This document shows, piece by piece, positions 44,306 to 55,355 of a stretch of DNA of 64,000 nt. The DNA lies in NCBI GenBank assembly GCA_051117555.1, contig JBNPEG010000006.1, positions 1-64,000 on the forward strand. Reading direction: 5' to 3'. The notes under the pieces were generated by a model, which saw only the letters and a program-made list of their open reading frames with translations, was not told the DNA's origin and ran no database searches. Position 1 is the first letter of the stretch. Each line of letters opens with the position of its first letter. The translations under genes were made by a program, and so were the position numbers. Source of the DNA: Elainellaceae cyanobacterium (lineage in GTDB: Bacteria; Cyanobacteriota; Cyanobacteriia; CAZCXK01).

Positions 44306-44339
44306 TCAATAAAGAGTCAGAGAGAGGAAGACGTAACTC

Positions 44340-45569
44340 ATGGCACGCGCAAAGTTCGAACGGAATAAACCTCACGTAAATATCGGTACCATCGGTCACG
44401 TTGACCATGGCAAAACCACGCTCACAGCTGCAATTACCATGGCTTTAGCCGTTACCGGGGGCGGTAAGGCTCGGAAGTATGATGAAATCGATGCAGCTCC
44501 TGAGGAAAAAGCCCGGGGAATTACTATCAATACGGCTCACGTTGAGTATCAGACTGCAAATCGTCACTATGCTCACGTAGATTGCCCAGGTCACGCTGAC
44601 TATGTGAAGAATATGATCACTGGTGCGGCTCAGATGGATGGAGCGATCTTAGTCGTATCTGCGGCAGATGGTCCTATGCCACAAACGCGGGAGCATATTC
44701 TTCTTGCGAAGCAGGTCGGAGTTCCTAACATCGTGGCCTTCCTCAATAAGCAGGATCAAGTCGATGATGAAGAGCTTTTGGAGCTTGTCGAACTTGAGGT
44801 TAGAGAGCTCTTAAGTTCTTACGATTTTCCTGGTGACGATATTCCAATCGTTTCTGGCTCTGCTCTCCTAGCGCTAGAAGCATTAACTGAGAATCCGAGC
44901 CTTAACAAGGGAGATAACGAGTGGGTTGATAAAGTCCTCGCTCTGATGGATAGAGTTGATGAATATATTCCGACACCTGAGCGGGATATTGATAAGCCCT
45001 TCTTGATGGCTGTGGAAGACGTTTTCTCAATTACTGGTCGTGGAACAGTTGCGACTGGACGGATTGAAAGGGGCAAGGTTAAGGTCGGAGAAACTGTCGA
45101 GCTAGTAGGTTTGAAAGATACTCGCAGCACCACTGTAACTGGCGTTGAGATGTTTCAGAAAACTCTCGATGAGGGAATGGCTGGAGATAACGTCGGTGTG
45201 CTGTTGCGAGGTATCCAGAAAGAGGATATTGAGCGAGGCATGGTTTTAGCTAAGCCTGGTTCTATCACTCCCCATACTAAGTTTGAGTCTGAGGTTTACG
45301 TCCTTAAGAAAGAAGAAGGTGGACGTCATACTCCCTTCTTTCCTGGTTATCGTCCTCAATTTTATGTGCGGACTACCGACGTAACAGGAACAATCGATGC
45401 CTTTACAGCAGATGATGGTTCTGAAGCTGAAATGGTGATGCCTGGCGATCGCGTTAAGATGACTGTTGAATTGATTAACCCTATTGCAATTGAGCAAGGA
45501 ATGCGGTTTGCAATTCGCGAGGGTGGTCGTACGGTTGGTGCTGGAGTCGTCTCCAAAATCCTTAAGTAG
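44340..45569 (+). CDS. tuf: Elongation factor Tu
   Basis: [14 protein letters not shown]. Confidence 0.99.
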   Translation: MARAKFERNKPHVNIGTIGHVDHGKTTLTAAITMALAVTGGGKARKYDEIDAAPEEKARGITINTAHVEYQTANRHYAHVDCPGHADYVKNMITGAAQMDGAILVVSAADGPMPQTREHILLAKQVGVPNIVAFLNKQDQVDDEELLELVELEVRELLSSYDFPGDDIPIVSGSALLALEALTENPSLNKGDNEWVDKVLALMDRVDEYIPTPERDIDKPFLMAVEDVFSITGRGTVATGRIERGKVKVGETVELVGLKDTRSTTVTGVEMFQKTLDEGMAGDNVGVLLRGIQKEDIERGMVLAKPGSITPHTKFESEVYVLKKEEGGRHTPFFPGYRPQFYVRTTDVTGTIDAFTADDGSEAEMVMPGDRVKMTVELINPIAIEQGMRFAIREGGRTVGAGVVSKILK

Positions 45570-45689
45570 AGATTATCCGAACTTTGTTTACAGGCTATCA
45601 GCTCCTTCTTATGAGAGGGCAGTTGATAGCCTTATATTCTCCGAACCTAGACAACAAAATTTGAAGTAACTAACTGGATAGGCAGTTTG

Positions 45690-46007
45690 ATGGCAACGAT
45701 TCAGCAGCAGAAAATTCGAATCCGCTTGAAAGCATTTGATCGAAGTTTACTTGACACATCCTGTGAAAAGATTGTAGACACCGCTAATCGAACCAACGCA
45801 ACGGCAATTGGTCCAATTCCGCTTCCGACAAAGCGCAGAATTTATTGTGTATTGCGATCGCCTCATGTCGATAAAGACTCTCGTGAGCATTTCGAGACGA
45901 GGACTCATCGACGGATCATTGATATTTATCAACCTTCATCGAAAACAATTGATGCACTCATGAAGTTAGATCTTCCTGCAGGTGTAGATATCGAGGTTAA
46001 GCTCTAG
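45690..46007 (+). CDS. rpsJ: 30S ribosomal protein S10
   Basis: [24 protein letters not shown]. Confidence 0.98.
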   Translation: MATIQQQKIRIRLKAFDRSLLDTSCEKIVDTANRTNATAIGPIPLPTKRRIYCVLRSPHVDKDSREHFETRTHRRIIDIYQPSSKTIDALMKLDLPAGVDIEVKL

Positions 46008-46367
46008 CATTCCGTACTGTACGGCATCATTTTATCTGGCTAGAGAACAATCTGAAGAGGGGGTGCTCCCTCATTCTTGCTGCTGCATTTGGCTTTCTTG
46101 AATCGCAGTTGCCAGGCTAGTTAACTAGTAGGTATCTGCGATTCACGGTTCTAACGCATATATCATTGCCCTTGACTATTGTCTTGTTAGGTCGGGTGTC
46201 GTATCTACACGTTTTGGATAGGATATCCACCTTAGATTCAAGGCGGTAGGAATGCATCAATGAATGATGTTGTTTCAGACTAAAGTCTGCTGCTGAAGCG
46301 TGCGTTCGACAGGTAATCTAGAGAAGAGAGCTGCAAAATCTTACGATTGAGTCATAGGAAACTTGAT

Positions 46368-46703
46368 ATGGTACGTAGCGTTTCTCCGATTACAGATGCA
46401 CAGTTTGATTCAGAAGTCTTGGGATCAGACGAGCCCGTTGTTGTATATTTTTGGGCTCCGTGGTGCGGTCCATGTCGTCTGATGAGCCCCATTATGGACT
46501 GGGTCGCAGAGACATACCCCCATGTAAAGGTTGTCAAAATGGAAGTCGATCCCAATCCTGATGCAGTTTCGAAATGCAATATCCAGGGAGTTCCAGCCTT
46601 GGCAATGTTTCGAGATGGACAATCCGTTCAGTCTGTTGAAGGTGCTGTCAGCAAATCCCAACTGACTAGTCTCTTAGAAATGCATTTATCTCCAGCGACC
46701 TAG
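46368..46703 (+). CDS. Thioredoxin, probably x-type
   Basis: WCGPC; VYFWA (Tyr in place of the usual Asp) and EVDPNP as in cyanobacterial x-type Trx. Confidence 0.88.
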   Translation: MVRSVSPITDAQFDSEVLGSDEPVVVYFWAPWCGPCRLMSPIMDWVAETYPHVKVVKMEVDPNPDAVSKCNIQGVPALAMFRDGQSVQSVEGAVSKSQLTSLLEMHLSPAT

Positions 46704-46768
46704 GATAGTGAAAGATGTAGGTCTGAGTTATCAGACATCGGTGCAATTCGAACGGGATAGATAATATT

Positions 46769-47944
46769 ATGCGATTTGCAAATCGTACAGAATCTTTTAA
46801 AGCTAATGTTTTTGCGGACATGGATCACGCAAAAGCAAGGGCAAAATCGGCAGGGCGGCATTTAATTGATCTTTCGCTGGGATCATCAGATTTGCCTGCG
46901 GCGCCTCATGTGTTGGAAACTATCGCTCAGTCATTGCAGGATCGCAGCACTCACGGATATCTACTATTCCATGGGACTCGGTCTTTCCGGGATGCAGCTG
47001 CTCAATGGTATACGCAGCGTTTTGGCGTTTCGGTCGATCCAGACACTGAGGTGTTGGCACTCATTGGTTGTCAGGAAGGAACGGCTCATCTGCCGCTTGC
47101 TATCTTAAATCCTGGGGATTTTGCTTTATTACAAGACCCGGGATATCCGTCCCATGCAGGAGGAGTTTATCTTGCCAGCGGACAAGTCTACGCAATGCCA
47201 TCAGAGGAAAAAAACGGGTTTCTCCCGATTTTTGAAGATATTCCGCCCCCTGTGCTTGCTCAGGCTCGCATGATGGTCTTAAGCTATCCGCATAATCCAA
47301 CAACGGCGATCGCGCCACTGTCTTTTTTCCAAAAGGCGGTCAGCTTTTGTCAAGACCATGACCTAGCCTTAGTTCACGATTTTCCGTATGCTGATGTAGT
47401 GTTTGACGGGACAATTGCTCCGTCCGTGTTGCAGGCGGATCGGAATAAGACCGTATCAATCGAATTTTTTACCATGTCAAAGTCATACAACATGGGGGGC
47501 TTTCGAGTAGGCTATGCCATTGGGAATGCAGAGCTTATTCAAGCATTGCGGCGTGTTAAGGCATTGATTGACTTTAACCAATATCGAGGCATTTTGAACG
47601 GGGCGATCGCCGCGTTGACAGGGCCTCAAGAGCCCGTTAGACAAACGATTGACACATTCCGCCAGCGCCGAGATGCATTTGTGCAAGCCCTTCACCACAT
47701 TGGATGGGACGTGCCGATTCCATCTGCGACTATGTATGTGTGGGCGAAATTACCGACCCCTTGGAGAAACGATTCCATGGGATTTTGTACTCAATTAGTT
47801 GAGTCAACCGGAGTAGCCGCATCGCCAGGAGCCGGTTTCGGGAAATCGGGGGAGGGATATGTGCGATTCGCTCTCGTCCATGATCCGTCAACTCTTGAAA
47901 CAGCTGTTAAGCGAATTGCCCAGTTTCTCTCTCAAGAAAGTTGA
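46769..47944 (+). CDS. PLP class I aminotransferase, LL-diaminopimelate aminotransferase-like
   Basis: YPHNPT, DFPY, TMSKSYNMGGFRVG. Confidence 0.85.
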   Translation: MRFANRTESFKANVFADMDHAKARAKSAGRHLIDLSLGSSDLPAAPHVLETIAQSLQDRSTHGYLLFHGTRSFRDAAAQWYTQRFGVSVDPDTEVLALIGCQEGTAHLPLAILNPGDFALLQDPGYPSHAGGVYLASGQVYAMPSEEKNGFLPIFEDIPPPVLAQARMMVLSYPHNPTTAIAPLSFFQKAVSFCQDHDLALVHDFPYADVVFDGTIAPSVLQADRNKTVSIEFFTMSKSYNMGGFRVGYAIGNAELIQALRRVKALIDFNQYRGILNGAIAALTGPQEPVRQTIDTFRQRRDAFVQALHHIGWDVPIPSATMYVWAKLPTPWRNDSMGFCTQLVESTGVAASPGAGFGKSGEGYVRFALVHDPSTLETAVKRIAQFLSQES

Positions 47945-48054
47945 GCTAAAGTTAAGCTGTTTTTTCTCATAGACAACTTTTTGCGTCGATTTTTCTCTGC
48001 ATAGCGATTTGCGCGTCAACACCAGAAATAGGGGTAGGGTCACGCTGTGACCTT

Positions 48055-49764
48055 CTAAAAATTTTGAGCGTATTTTCTTTCGAAAAAAGTCTCACTGACT
48101 CTACACCCCAATGCTGATATCAATAAGACAGGTGTGAGCCAGTTTCCGAACCGGATATAAGGTGTTTGAGTTTGGCGACGATAAATCGTATCGGAATGGA
48201 ATTCGTAGGTGTTGATGTCCGATCGCCATAGTGTTCGTCCATGGGCATCAACGAACGCGGAGTAGCCTGTATTAGTTGCTCGGGCTGCCCATCGATCGGT
48301 TTCAATAGACCGCATAACATCTTGAGCGTGATGTTGAGAGGGCATCGCAGCACTGTAATGAGCATTATTCGATGCTGTGATGATAAATTCTCCCCCTGCT
48401 GCTGCTTGTTGGCGGAAATGATCTGGATAGGCAGATTCGTAGCAAATGGCTGCGATCGCTCGACCAAACGGAGTATCAACGTGCTGATCAAGCGCACCGG
48501 GCACAAGATGGGCATCGAGCGGCGAAAGGCGATTGACTAACCTTCCAATCCATCGCTGCAACGGAATATACTCTCCAAGCGGTACCAGGCGGACTTTTCG
48601 ATACTCATTGATGGTTTCCCCCTTTCCTGTAATCGTAAACAAGCTATTAGTGATTGAGTTGCCTTCCCTGCCAAATGCCCCAAGCCATACGGGGACTTCT
48701 CGATCTAGAATGGCTCGAAAGAAGGATGATTGAGCGGGCGTTTGGTCAGTCCATATAGTGGGGAGAGCGGTTTCTGGAGTCAATACAGCATCCACTCCTT
48801 GTTCAGCAAGTTGCAGATAGCCAGTGGTATATCCTTCAATTGCTCGTCTCCAGCCTTCGTCGTAAAGCTTAATAGTGTTGGGGATATTGCCCTGAATCAC
48901 TCCAACTTTTAATGCATCCTGGGGAGAGAGGGAAAGCGGTTGACTATATAGAACAAACCCTAACCCATGACATGCTGCAAATAGTAAGAGCGCGATCGCC
49001 CAATAACGCTTGCCTCGTTGAGATTGGGGTGTCTTACGAAGGGGTGAGGTGCGAGTGAATCGGCTGCTGAGCCAGGCTTCAGCGAGAAGCCCATTGACCG
49101 CAACAAGCGCAGCGCTCACGGCTAGAGGACCAGACAGTCGCCCCACATGTAAGATAATTAGATTGGTTGGACTTTGGGTATATGCAAATGTTGACCAATT
49201 CAGAGGACCCAATAGCCACAAGGCTTCTAAGCCACACCAAAGCGCCGCACCCACCAAGACTCGGCGTAGCGGAGATGAGGTCGGTTTGAGCAACCGCATT
49301 GATTTAAATCGAATAGTGCTGGCACATAGAAGCTGAAACAGACCTGCCCACAATCCGACTAAAATTGCTCCCCATGCGGTAATAAATATCCAGCAAAATA
49401 GGGCGATCGCCAAACTAGCAAGCCAGGGAACCCCCATCCATGTCATAGGATGAACCCCTGTAATCCAAAATATGGCAAGACCGTGATAGCCGGCCCCCCA
49501 GGCTAATCCTAAAAGTACGGGAAAAGAGGAGTAGAACCGTCGATCTGAGTATCGGGGATCACCTGCCTGCTGTGATTTAGAATACTTAGTTACGAGTACC
49601 CATAACGGCACTAGAGCAACCCAAGCAAGCATCCAAAGATTGGTTGGCGCCGGGGACAACCCGGCGCCCAAACCACCCAGTAGCGCAATCAAAATCGACA
49701 CCGGGCGATCGCCTAGGCGAAAGCGTTTCTGAATATGGAAAATCAAGGATTGAACCATTACCAC
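48055..49764 (-). CDS. lnt: Apolipoprotein N-acyltransferase
   Basis: QGNI, PETA, KVRLVPLGEY, ICYE, RATNTG. Confidence 0.92.
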   Translation of the reverse strand: MVMVQSLIFHIQKRFRLGDRPVSILIALLGGLGAGLSPAPTNLWMLAWVALVPLWVLVTKYSKSQQAGDPRYSDRRFYSSFPVLLGLAWGAGYHGLAIFWITGVHPMTWMGVPWLASLAIALFCWIFITAWGAILVGLWAGLFQLLCASTIRFKSMRLLKPTSSPLRRVLVGAALWCGLEALWLLGPLNWSTFAYTQSPTNLIILHVGRLSGPLAVSAALVAVNGLLAEAWLSSRFTRTSPLRKTPQSQRGKRYWAIALLLFAACHGLGFVLYSQPLSLSPQDALKVGVIQGNIPNTIKLYDEGWRRAIEGYTTGYLQLAEQGVDAVLTPETALPTIWTDQTPAQSSFFRAILDREVPVWLGAFGREGNSITNSLFTITGKGETINEYRKVRLVPLGEYIPLQRWIGRLVNRLSPLDAHLVPGALDQHVDTPFGRAIAAICYESAYPDHFRQQAAAGGEFIITASNNAHYSAAMPSQHHAQDVMRSIETDRWAARATNTGYSAFVDAHGRTLWRSDINTYEFHSDTIYRRQTQTPYIRFGNWLTPVLLISALGCRVSETFFERKYAQNF

Positions 49765-49781
49765 CCGATGCCCATACTTCT

Positions 49782-49811
49782 TTTAGATACCTTTAGATAC
49801 CTTTAGATACC
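49782..49811. repeat. 10-bp tandem repeat TTTAGATACC x3
   Basis: Read directly between gyrA and lnt. Confidence 0.92.
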
Positions 49812-49825
49812 CCAGGTATCAACAC

Positions 49826-52462
49826 CTATTCTTCAATATGCTCTGGCGCTTCGCTAGCCTCACTCAACGCGTCTTCGTCAGACTCATCGGCTTCTTCGCC
49901 AGCTTCGGCAGTTCCTTCTGCTTCAGGTGGCACAAGTGCTACGGCAACAATGGCATCATCTTCATCTAATCGTTGGACATGAACCCCCGTTGCCATGCGA
50001 GATTGGCACGAGATTGCATTGACCGATTGACGAATAATAATCCCTCGGCTGGTCACCAAAATCATTTCGTCATTCTCACCAACGATTTGCAGCGCGGCAA
50101 GCTGATCATTGGGCTTACGAAATTTAATCGCACGTAGTCCCATACCTGCTCGATTTTGCAACCGGAAATTAGCCACAGGGACCCGCTTCCCTAATCCCGC
50201 TGTCGTGATCACCAGAACCCACGGGCCTTGACCTTGTTCCCGTGTCGGACACTCAGAGTCTGATTCGTCAGACTCATCATCTACGATGTCGTCAGGAGTA
50301 TTAACCACCAAACTCTCAACCAATTGCCCAGGTAAAATATCCATGCTGATCAGCTCATCGCCGCTGCGAAGTGACATAGATTTTACCCCACGAGTTGGGC
50401 GACTCAATGGACGAAGCTGGTCATGATCGGCTCGAAAATGAATCGTCATTCCTTGGCGGGTGCCGATGATGATGCTGTCTTCTGCACGAGCGCGGCGCAC
50501 CCATCGGAGCTGATCGCCTTCTTCCAAGGAAATTGCAATTAAGCCGTTTGCACGAATATTACTAAATGCTGAAAGCTCTGTTTTCTTGATATAACCGCCC
50601 TGAGTCAGCATTACGAGATATTCGTCGTCCGTAAATTCGGTGACTGGCACAATCGACGTGATTTTCTCTTCCCTGGAGATAGGTAGCATTTGGACAATTG
50701 GGATACCACGAGACGTTCGAGACCCGGTCGGTATTTGGTACGCCTTCACGCAATAGGCAACGCCGCGATCGCTAAAAAAGAGAACACTGTCATGGTCAAA
50801 GCAACTTAGGAAATGCTCGACCCCATCATCATCTTTCATTCGAGTGCCAGATTTGCCGCGCGTAGCTCGATTTTGAGCCTCAAACGTGCTAACCGGCATT
50901 CGTTTGATATAGCCCTGTTCTGTTAGAAGGATGATGGCTTGCTCGTTGGCAATCAAGTCTATATCTTCAAGCTCACCTTCGATATGCTCGATGACAGTCA
51001 TGCGAGGCGTCGCATGCTTCGTTCGAAGCTCAGTAATTTCTGTTTCGATAATTTCAAGGACTCGTTCTCGACGCGCCAGAATGTCTCTCAGATCAGCAAT
51101 TCGAAATTGTAAATCCTCATGTTCTTGCTGAATTTTTTCAGCCTCAAGTGCAGTCAATCGACGAAGCTGCATTTGAAGGATGGCATCAGCTTGCGTTTCG
51201 GAGAGTTCGTAGGAATCAACGAGTTGCTGCCGAGCTGTGGGGGTATCGGCGGCTCGACGAATGAGCTCAATAATTGAGTCAAGATTTGCTAACGCAACCA
51301 GTAAGCCTTGCAGAAGATGATCTCGTTCTTCGGCTTTACGGAGTTGATATTGAGTCCGCCGGATGATCGTTTCAATTCGGAAGTCTAGAAAGACTTGAAG
51401 CAAATCCCGAATGCCCAGGATCTGAGGCTCTCCATTAACAAGAGACAACATATTAACCCCAAAGTTGCATTGGAGCGGAGTCTGCTTGTAGAGGTTGTTG
51501 AGCACCACACGCGGATAGGCATCACGCTTGAGCTCAATGACAATGCGCATTCCATGGCGATCGCTCTCATCTCGAATATCGGCAATGCCATCTAGACGAC
51601 GATCATTGACCATCTCAGCAATTTTCTCAATGAGAGCTGCCTTGTTGGTTTGATAGGGAAGTTCTGTGATGATAATGGCTTCACGACTCGGGCGCCCGCG
51701 CGACTCAACGGTTTCAATAGTGGCTACACCCCGCATGGTGATTGACCCACGCCCTGTTGCGTATGCATCTCGAATCCCGCTCGTCCCCAGAATTTGTCCC
51801 CCTGTGGGGAAATCAGGACCTGGAATATATTGCAACAACTCTCGCCCCGTCAATTCAGGGTTATGGATCAGCGCAACTAACCCATCAATCAGCTCGCCCA
51901 GATTATGAGGCGGAATATTCGTCGCCATTCCTACCGCAATGCCAGAAGACCCATTGAGTAAAAGTTGGGGTATGCGAGACGGGAGCACAATGGGTTCTTG
52001 TTGCGAACCATCAAAATTGTCCGCAAAATCAACTGTTTCTGCTTCTATGTCTTGAAGAAGCGCATCTGTAGTAAGAGATTGCAGGCGACACTCTGTGTAT
52101 CGCATTGCTGCGGGTGGATCATTATCGACTGACCCAAAGTTGCCATGCCCATTGATAAGAGGAGCCCGCATTGAAAAGTTTTGCGCCATTCGCACAAGGG
52201 CGTCATAAACCGCAGTGTCTCCGTGGGGATGATATTTACCCAGCACCTCCCCGACAACACGGGCGCATTTTCGAAATGGGCGATCTGCGCTCAAACCCAA
52301 TTCGTGCATAGCGTAAAGAATACGGCGATGAACAGGTTTTAGACCATCCCTGGCATCTGGTAATGCTCGACCTACGATGACGCTCATCGCATATTCGAGA
52401 TAAGACCGAGACATCTCGTTACGCAGATCGGTCGGGATAATCCGCTCCTGAGGAGTGCTCAT
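49826..52462 (-). CDS. gyrA: DNA gyrase subunit A
   Basis: [22 protein letters not shown] and GyrA-box QNRATRG. Confidence 0.96.
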   Translation of the reverse strand: MSTPQERIIPTDLRNEMSRSYLEYAMSVIVGRALPDARDGLKPVHRRILYAMHELGLSADRPFRKCARVVGEVLGKYHPHGDTAVYDALVRMAQNFSMRAPLINGHGNFGSVDNDPPAAMRYTECRLQSLTTDALLQDIEAETVDFADNFDGSQQEPIVLPSRIPQLLLNGSSGIAVGMATNIPPHNLGELIDGLVALIHNPELTGRELLQYIPGPDFPTGGQILGTSGIRDAYATGRGSITMRGVATIETVESRGRPSREAIIITELPYQTNKAALIEKIAEMVNDRRLDGIADIRDESDRHGMRIVIELKRDAYPRVVLNNLYKQTPLQCNFGVNMLSLVNGEPQILGIRDLLQVFLDFRIETIIRRTQYQLRKAEERDHLLQGLLVALANLDSIIELIRRAADTPTARQQLVDSYELSETQADAILQMQLRRLTALEAEKIQQEHEDLQFRIADLRDILARRERVLEIIETEITELRTKHATPRMTVIEHIEGELEDIDLIANEQAIILLTEQGYIKRMPVSTFEAQNRATRGKSGTRMKDDDGVEHFLSCFDHDSVLFFSDRGVAYCVKAYQIPTGSRTSRGIPIVQMLPISREEKITSIVPVTEFTDDEYLVMLTQGGYIKKTELSAFSNIRANGLIAISLEEGDQLRWVRRARAEDSIIIGTRQGMTIHFRADHDQLRPLSRPTRGVKSMSLRSGDELISMDILPGQLVESLVVNTPDDIVDDESDESDSECPTREQGQGPWVLVITTAGLGKRVPVANFRLQNRAGMGLRAIKFRKPNDQLAALQIVGENDEMILVTSRGIIIRQSVNAISCQSRMATGVHVQRLDEDDAIVAVALVPPEAEGTAEAGEEADESDEDALSEASEAPEHIEE

Positions 52463-52833
52463 ACCTTAAAAGACTCCGAATAATCTCGCTTTCAAAAAAT
52501 CAAGCCTGGAACAGCACAGCATGAATAAACTCTTAAAAACATCTGAAGCTGTTACACAAGCGCCTTGGATAAAGATTTAACTCTTGAATTTTAGCATAAT
52601 TTCCCGATGTTTTGCCTTGCTAAACTCTGTCTGTAGACCGCTTGAGTTTTCGAGAAAACAAATTGGATATTTGGTTTAAATTCGTTATCGAAAGCCGAGG
52701 ATTTTGAATAATTTTTTTGGGTTGAGTTTGTAAACTCTAAAATCCTTAATTGGAAGATTGAGAAATGCATTTAAAGTGAACCAGGACAAAGCTTTTCTAA
52801 GTCAATACCCAAGGATTAACCAACCTTTAATAG

Positions 52834-52882
52834 ATATTGTGAACTCGTTCTAAAAGAATCTTTTAGAACGAGTTCACAATAT
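52834..52882. repeat. 49-bp palindrome: 24-bp perfect arms, 1-nt centre
   Basis: ATATTGTGAACTCGTTCTAAAAGA-A-TCTTTTAGAACGAGTTCACAATAT. Confidence 0.97.
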
Positions 52883-53035
52883 GCACTAAAAACAGAATTC
52901 AGATATGCATCAGCAATCTAATTGTGAGCGATAGGGCTACCAAATCATTCATGAAATGGAAGTGCGGGAAGCTTGCCTGCCTTAGCAAAGCCTTTCCGTC
53001 AGGAGGAGTAAAATACTAATGCTATGCATTGAAAA

Positions 53036-53067
53036 GCGTTGGCGTAGCCTTGCCACAGGCAAAACGC
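53036..53067. mobile_element. SDR5-like micro-element at a HIP1 position
   Basis: GCG-TTGGCGTAGCCTTGCCACAGGCAAA-ACGC replaces GCGATCGC of the sister copy; two mini-hairpins GGC-GTA-GCC and TTGCC-ACA-GGCAA. Confidence 0.65.
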
Positions 53068-53068
53068 A

Positions 53069-53180
53069 CTAGTACAAGACAGCGGAAGTTTCATAACCAT
53101 AGTGTGAGCGTCTCGCTCACATCGCGGGCAAAATGCTCGCACTCTTATAGGGTTGGCTTATTTTTGCCAAACAGTACTAG
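53069..53180. mobile_element. MITE-like insertion at a CTAG site
   Basis: CTAGTAC...GTACTAG ends; the sister copy has a single CTAG at 53490-53493; internal hairpins TGTGAGCG/CGCTCACA and GCGGGCA/TGCTCGC. Confidence 0.7.
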
Positions 53181-53238
53181 AGATTTTCACACATCATTGG
53201 GATTGCCACATTAAATTCGACAAGAATAGGCTTGCCGA

Positions 53239-53266
53239 AATTCACAAGCAATTTAGGACCGCTATA
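53239..53266. repeat. Isolated family B terminal arm
   Basis: AATTCACAAGCAATTTAGGACCGCTATA matches the right end of 27181-27412. Confidence 0.7.
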
Positions 53267-53399
53267 TCTTAGCTAATTGACTCAAGAAAATTTAACAGAT
53301 GCAGTTTGAAGGAGTGCGTTCGGCATATGAGATAAAACATTTATATGAAGTAAAAAGTAAGAAAAATTAGAAATTAATAGGACGATCCCGAACTGTTCT

Positions 53400-53521
53400 A
53401 AAATAGGAGTGCAGACCTGGCCACGTTAGCAAAACCTTTCTGCTAAGAGAAATAAGACGCCAATACTATGCATCGCTTGAGCGATCGCACTAGAGATTCA
53501 GACAATTCATTTGGGGTGGCT
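53400..53521. repeat. Degenerate repeat copy Y, empty-site sister of X
   Basis: Intact GCGATCGC (53481) then ACTAGAGATT. Confidence 0.6.
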
Positions 53522-53774
53522 TCCTAATCCACTAAGCACCCATTTCTTCGTAGAAATAAGCTAAGAAACATGGATTAAATAGTCTGTTAAATTGTCATAT
53601 TTTCAGGAGCACAGCATGACGTGCTCTTACCCAGGAAAATCTTATATTAATAAATTTTCATTCTCAAGTTCGTAAATCAGACACTTAAGCGGCGATAAGT
53701 TTTGAGTGTATTAAAGATTTTTAGAGTGTCATTCTAGGCAAAATCAACCCACCCGAAAATTTTTCCTGCTCTAC

Positions 53775-54146
53775 TTAAGACTTTTGCCAAACGACAAGCA
53801 ATACACCACACACGATGAACCCTAATCCAACGAGCCGCATCGGTGGAATCGACTCTCGAAACACAAAATAACCGACGACAACAGAAAGGACGTAACTCAA
53901 GGCGACAGATGGCCCAATGACGCTGAGTTTAACGCGCGTTAGCAGGAGAATATAGGTGATGGCACTTAATCCGTAAAACGCTAATCCTCCAAGCAATTCG
54001 GGGGTGGTAATGATGCTCAACGCATGGTCAATCATGTTTTCGGGAGTCACCCTGCCAAGTTTTAAGGCTCCCAACTTCAAAAAAAACTGACCCGTAACTG
54101 CAATGAGCAGCGATATTACGAAGACGCCAAACTCGATGGGAGTCAC
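53775..54146 (-). CDS. SMR/EamA (DMT superfamily) small transporter
   Basis: Four TM helices, GQFFLK, FRE motif. Confidence 0.82.
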   Translation of the reverse strand: MTPIEFGVFVISLLIAVTGQFFLKLGALKLGRVTPENMIDHALSIITTPELLGGLAFYGLSAITYILLLTRVKLSVIGPSVALSYVLSVVVGYFVFRESIPPMRLVGLGFIVCGVLLVVWQKS

Positions 54147-54407
54147 AATAATTTTCTCAGAGATACAGGGCTTGATTCTAACTGCATGATAGTTTACCGA
54201 ATTGCTGCATCCAATTGCGACAATTATTCATCTCTTCCTACTTACGCACATTAATTTATAGAATTCGAAGAATCTGCCTAATCGTTAGATTGAAAGATTT
54301 CTGGGCGAACAGTATGGACATCTAAGAATTTTATCTATCTACTGCATTCTGCGCCAAACTTATTACAATTTGAACTCCAGCCTATCGACCTAAATCGGTG
54401 CCCTATT

Positions 54408-55355
54408 ATGATGCCTATTATCTATTCGGATCAGTTCCTTGACCACAAGACTGGTTCGTACCATCCCGAAAATCCAGGTCGCCTGACTGCAATTACAACT
54501 GCCCTCAAAGCATCTCCTTGGGCGGATGATTTAGATTGGCAGTTGCCCACTCTGCCTGATAATCAAGCCAGCCGCTTAATGGATGCCATCTATGCTGTGC
54601 ATCCAAGGCGGTATGTTGATGCGGTTCAAACGCTGTGCCGAAACGGCGGAGGACATATTGACGCAGACACTCCTTTATCCTCTCGCAGCTATGATGTCGC
54701 CCTGCTAGCCGTTAGTGCCTGGCTCGATGGCGTCGATCGAGTCCTCGAAGCGGGGAATCCGGCATTTGTGCTTGCTCGCCCGCCCGGTCATCACGCGATG
54801 CCACAGCGCGGCATGGGATTTTGTGTTTTTTCAAATGCGGCGATCGCTGCTAGCTATGCATTAACACAGCCCGACGTCACTCGAGTTGCAATTCTCGATT
54901 GGGATGTGCATCACGGTAACGGGACACAGGCCGTTGTCGCAAAGCATCCTGGTATGGCTTACTGTTCGTTACACGAATCTCCTCATTACCCGGGCACGGG
55001 AGATGCTTCAGAGAAAGGATCATTCAACAATGTGCTCAATCTGCCCGTGGCCGCCGGAAGCACGATTGAGGACTATCAGCCTCTTTTCGAAGATGAGGTG
55101 ATACCATTTCTGACGAAATTTCATCCTGACCTACTGATTGTAAGCGCAGGGTATGACGCAAACTATGACGACCAACTTGCAAGCATCGCGCTTCGACCTG
55201 GAGATTATCGAATATTCACAGCTTATTGTTTAAATGTGACCTCTCGAATTTTATTTGGTTTAGAAGGAGGATATGATTTCAATGCCCTAGCTCAATCCGT
55301 TATCGCCACAATTGAGCCATGTTTATCTTCTAAGAAAGTCAATGCAGATGATTAA
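54408..55355 (+). CDS. Histone deacetylase family protein
   Basis: HPENPGR, RPPGHHA, GFC, DWDVHHGNGT, SAGYD, LEGGY. Confidence 0.93.
   Translation: MMPIIYSDQFLDHKTGSYHPENPGRLTAITTALKASPWADDLDWQLPTLPDNQASRLMDAIYAVHPRRYVDAVQTLCRNGGGHIDADTPLSSRSYDVALLAVSAWLDGVDRVLEAGNPAFVLARPPGHHAMPQRGMGFCVFSNAAIAASYALTQPDVTRVAILDWDVHHGNGTQAVVAKHPGMAYCSLHESPHYPGTGDASEKGSFNNVLNLPVAAGSTIEDYQPLFEDEVIPFLTKFHPDLLIVSAGYDANYDDQLASIALRPGDYRIFTAYCLNVTSRILFGLEGGYDFNALAQSVIATIEPCLSSKKVNADD

Larger units (their letters stand above)
52931..53208. mobile_element. Degenerate repeat copy X carrying two nested insertions
   Basis: 52982-53029 aligns without gaps to 53426-53473 (36/48 identical, all mismatches transitions); ends resemble family B termini. 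Confidence 0.6.
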
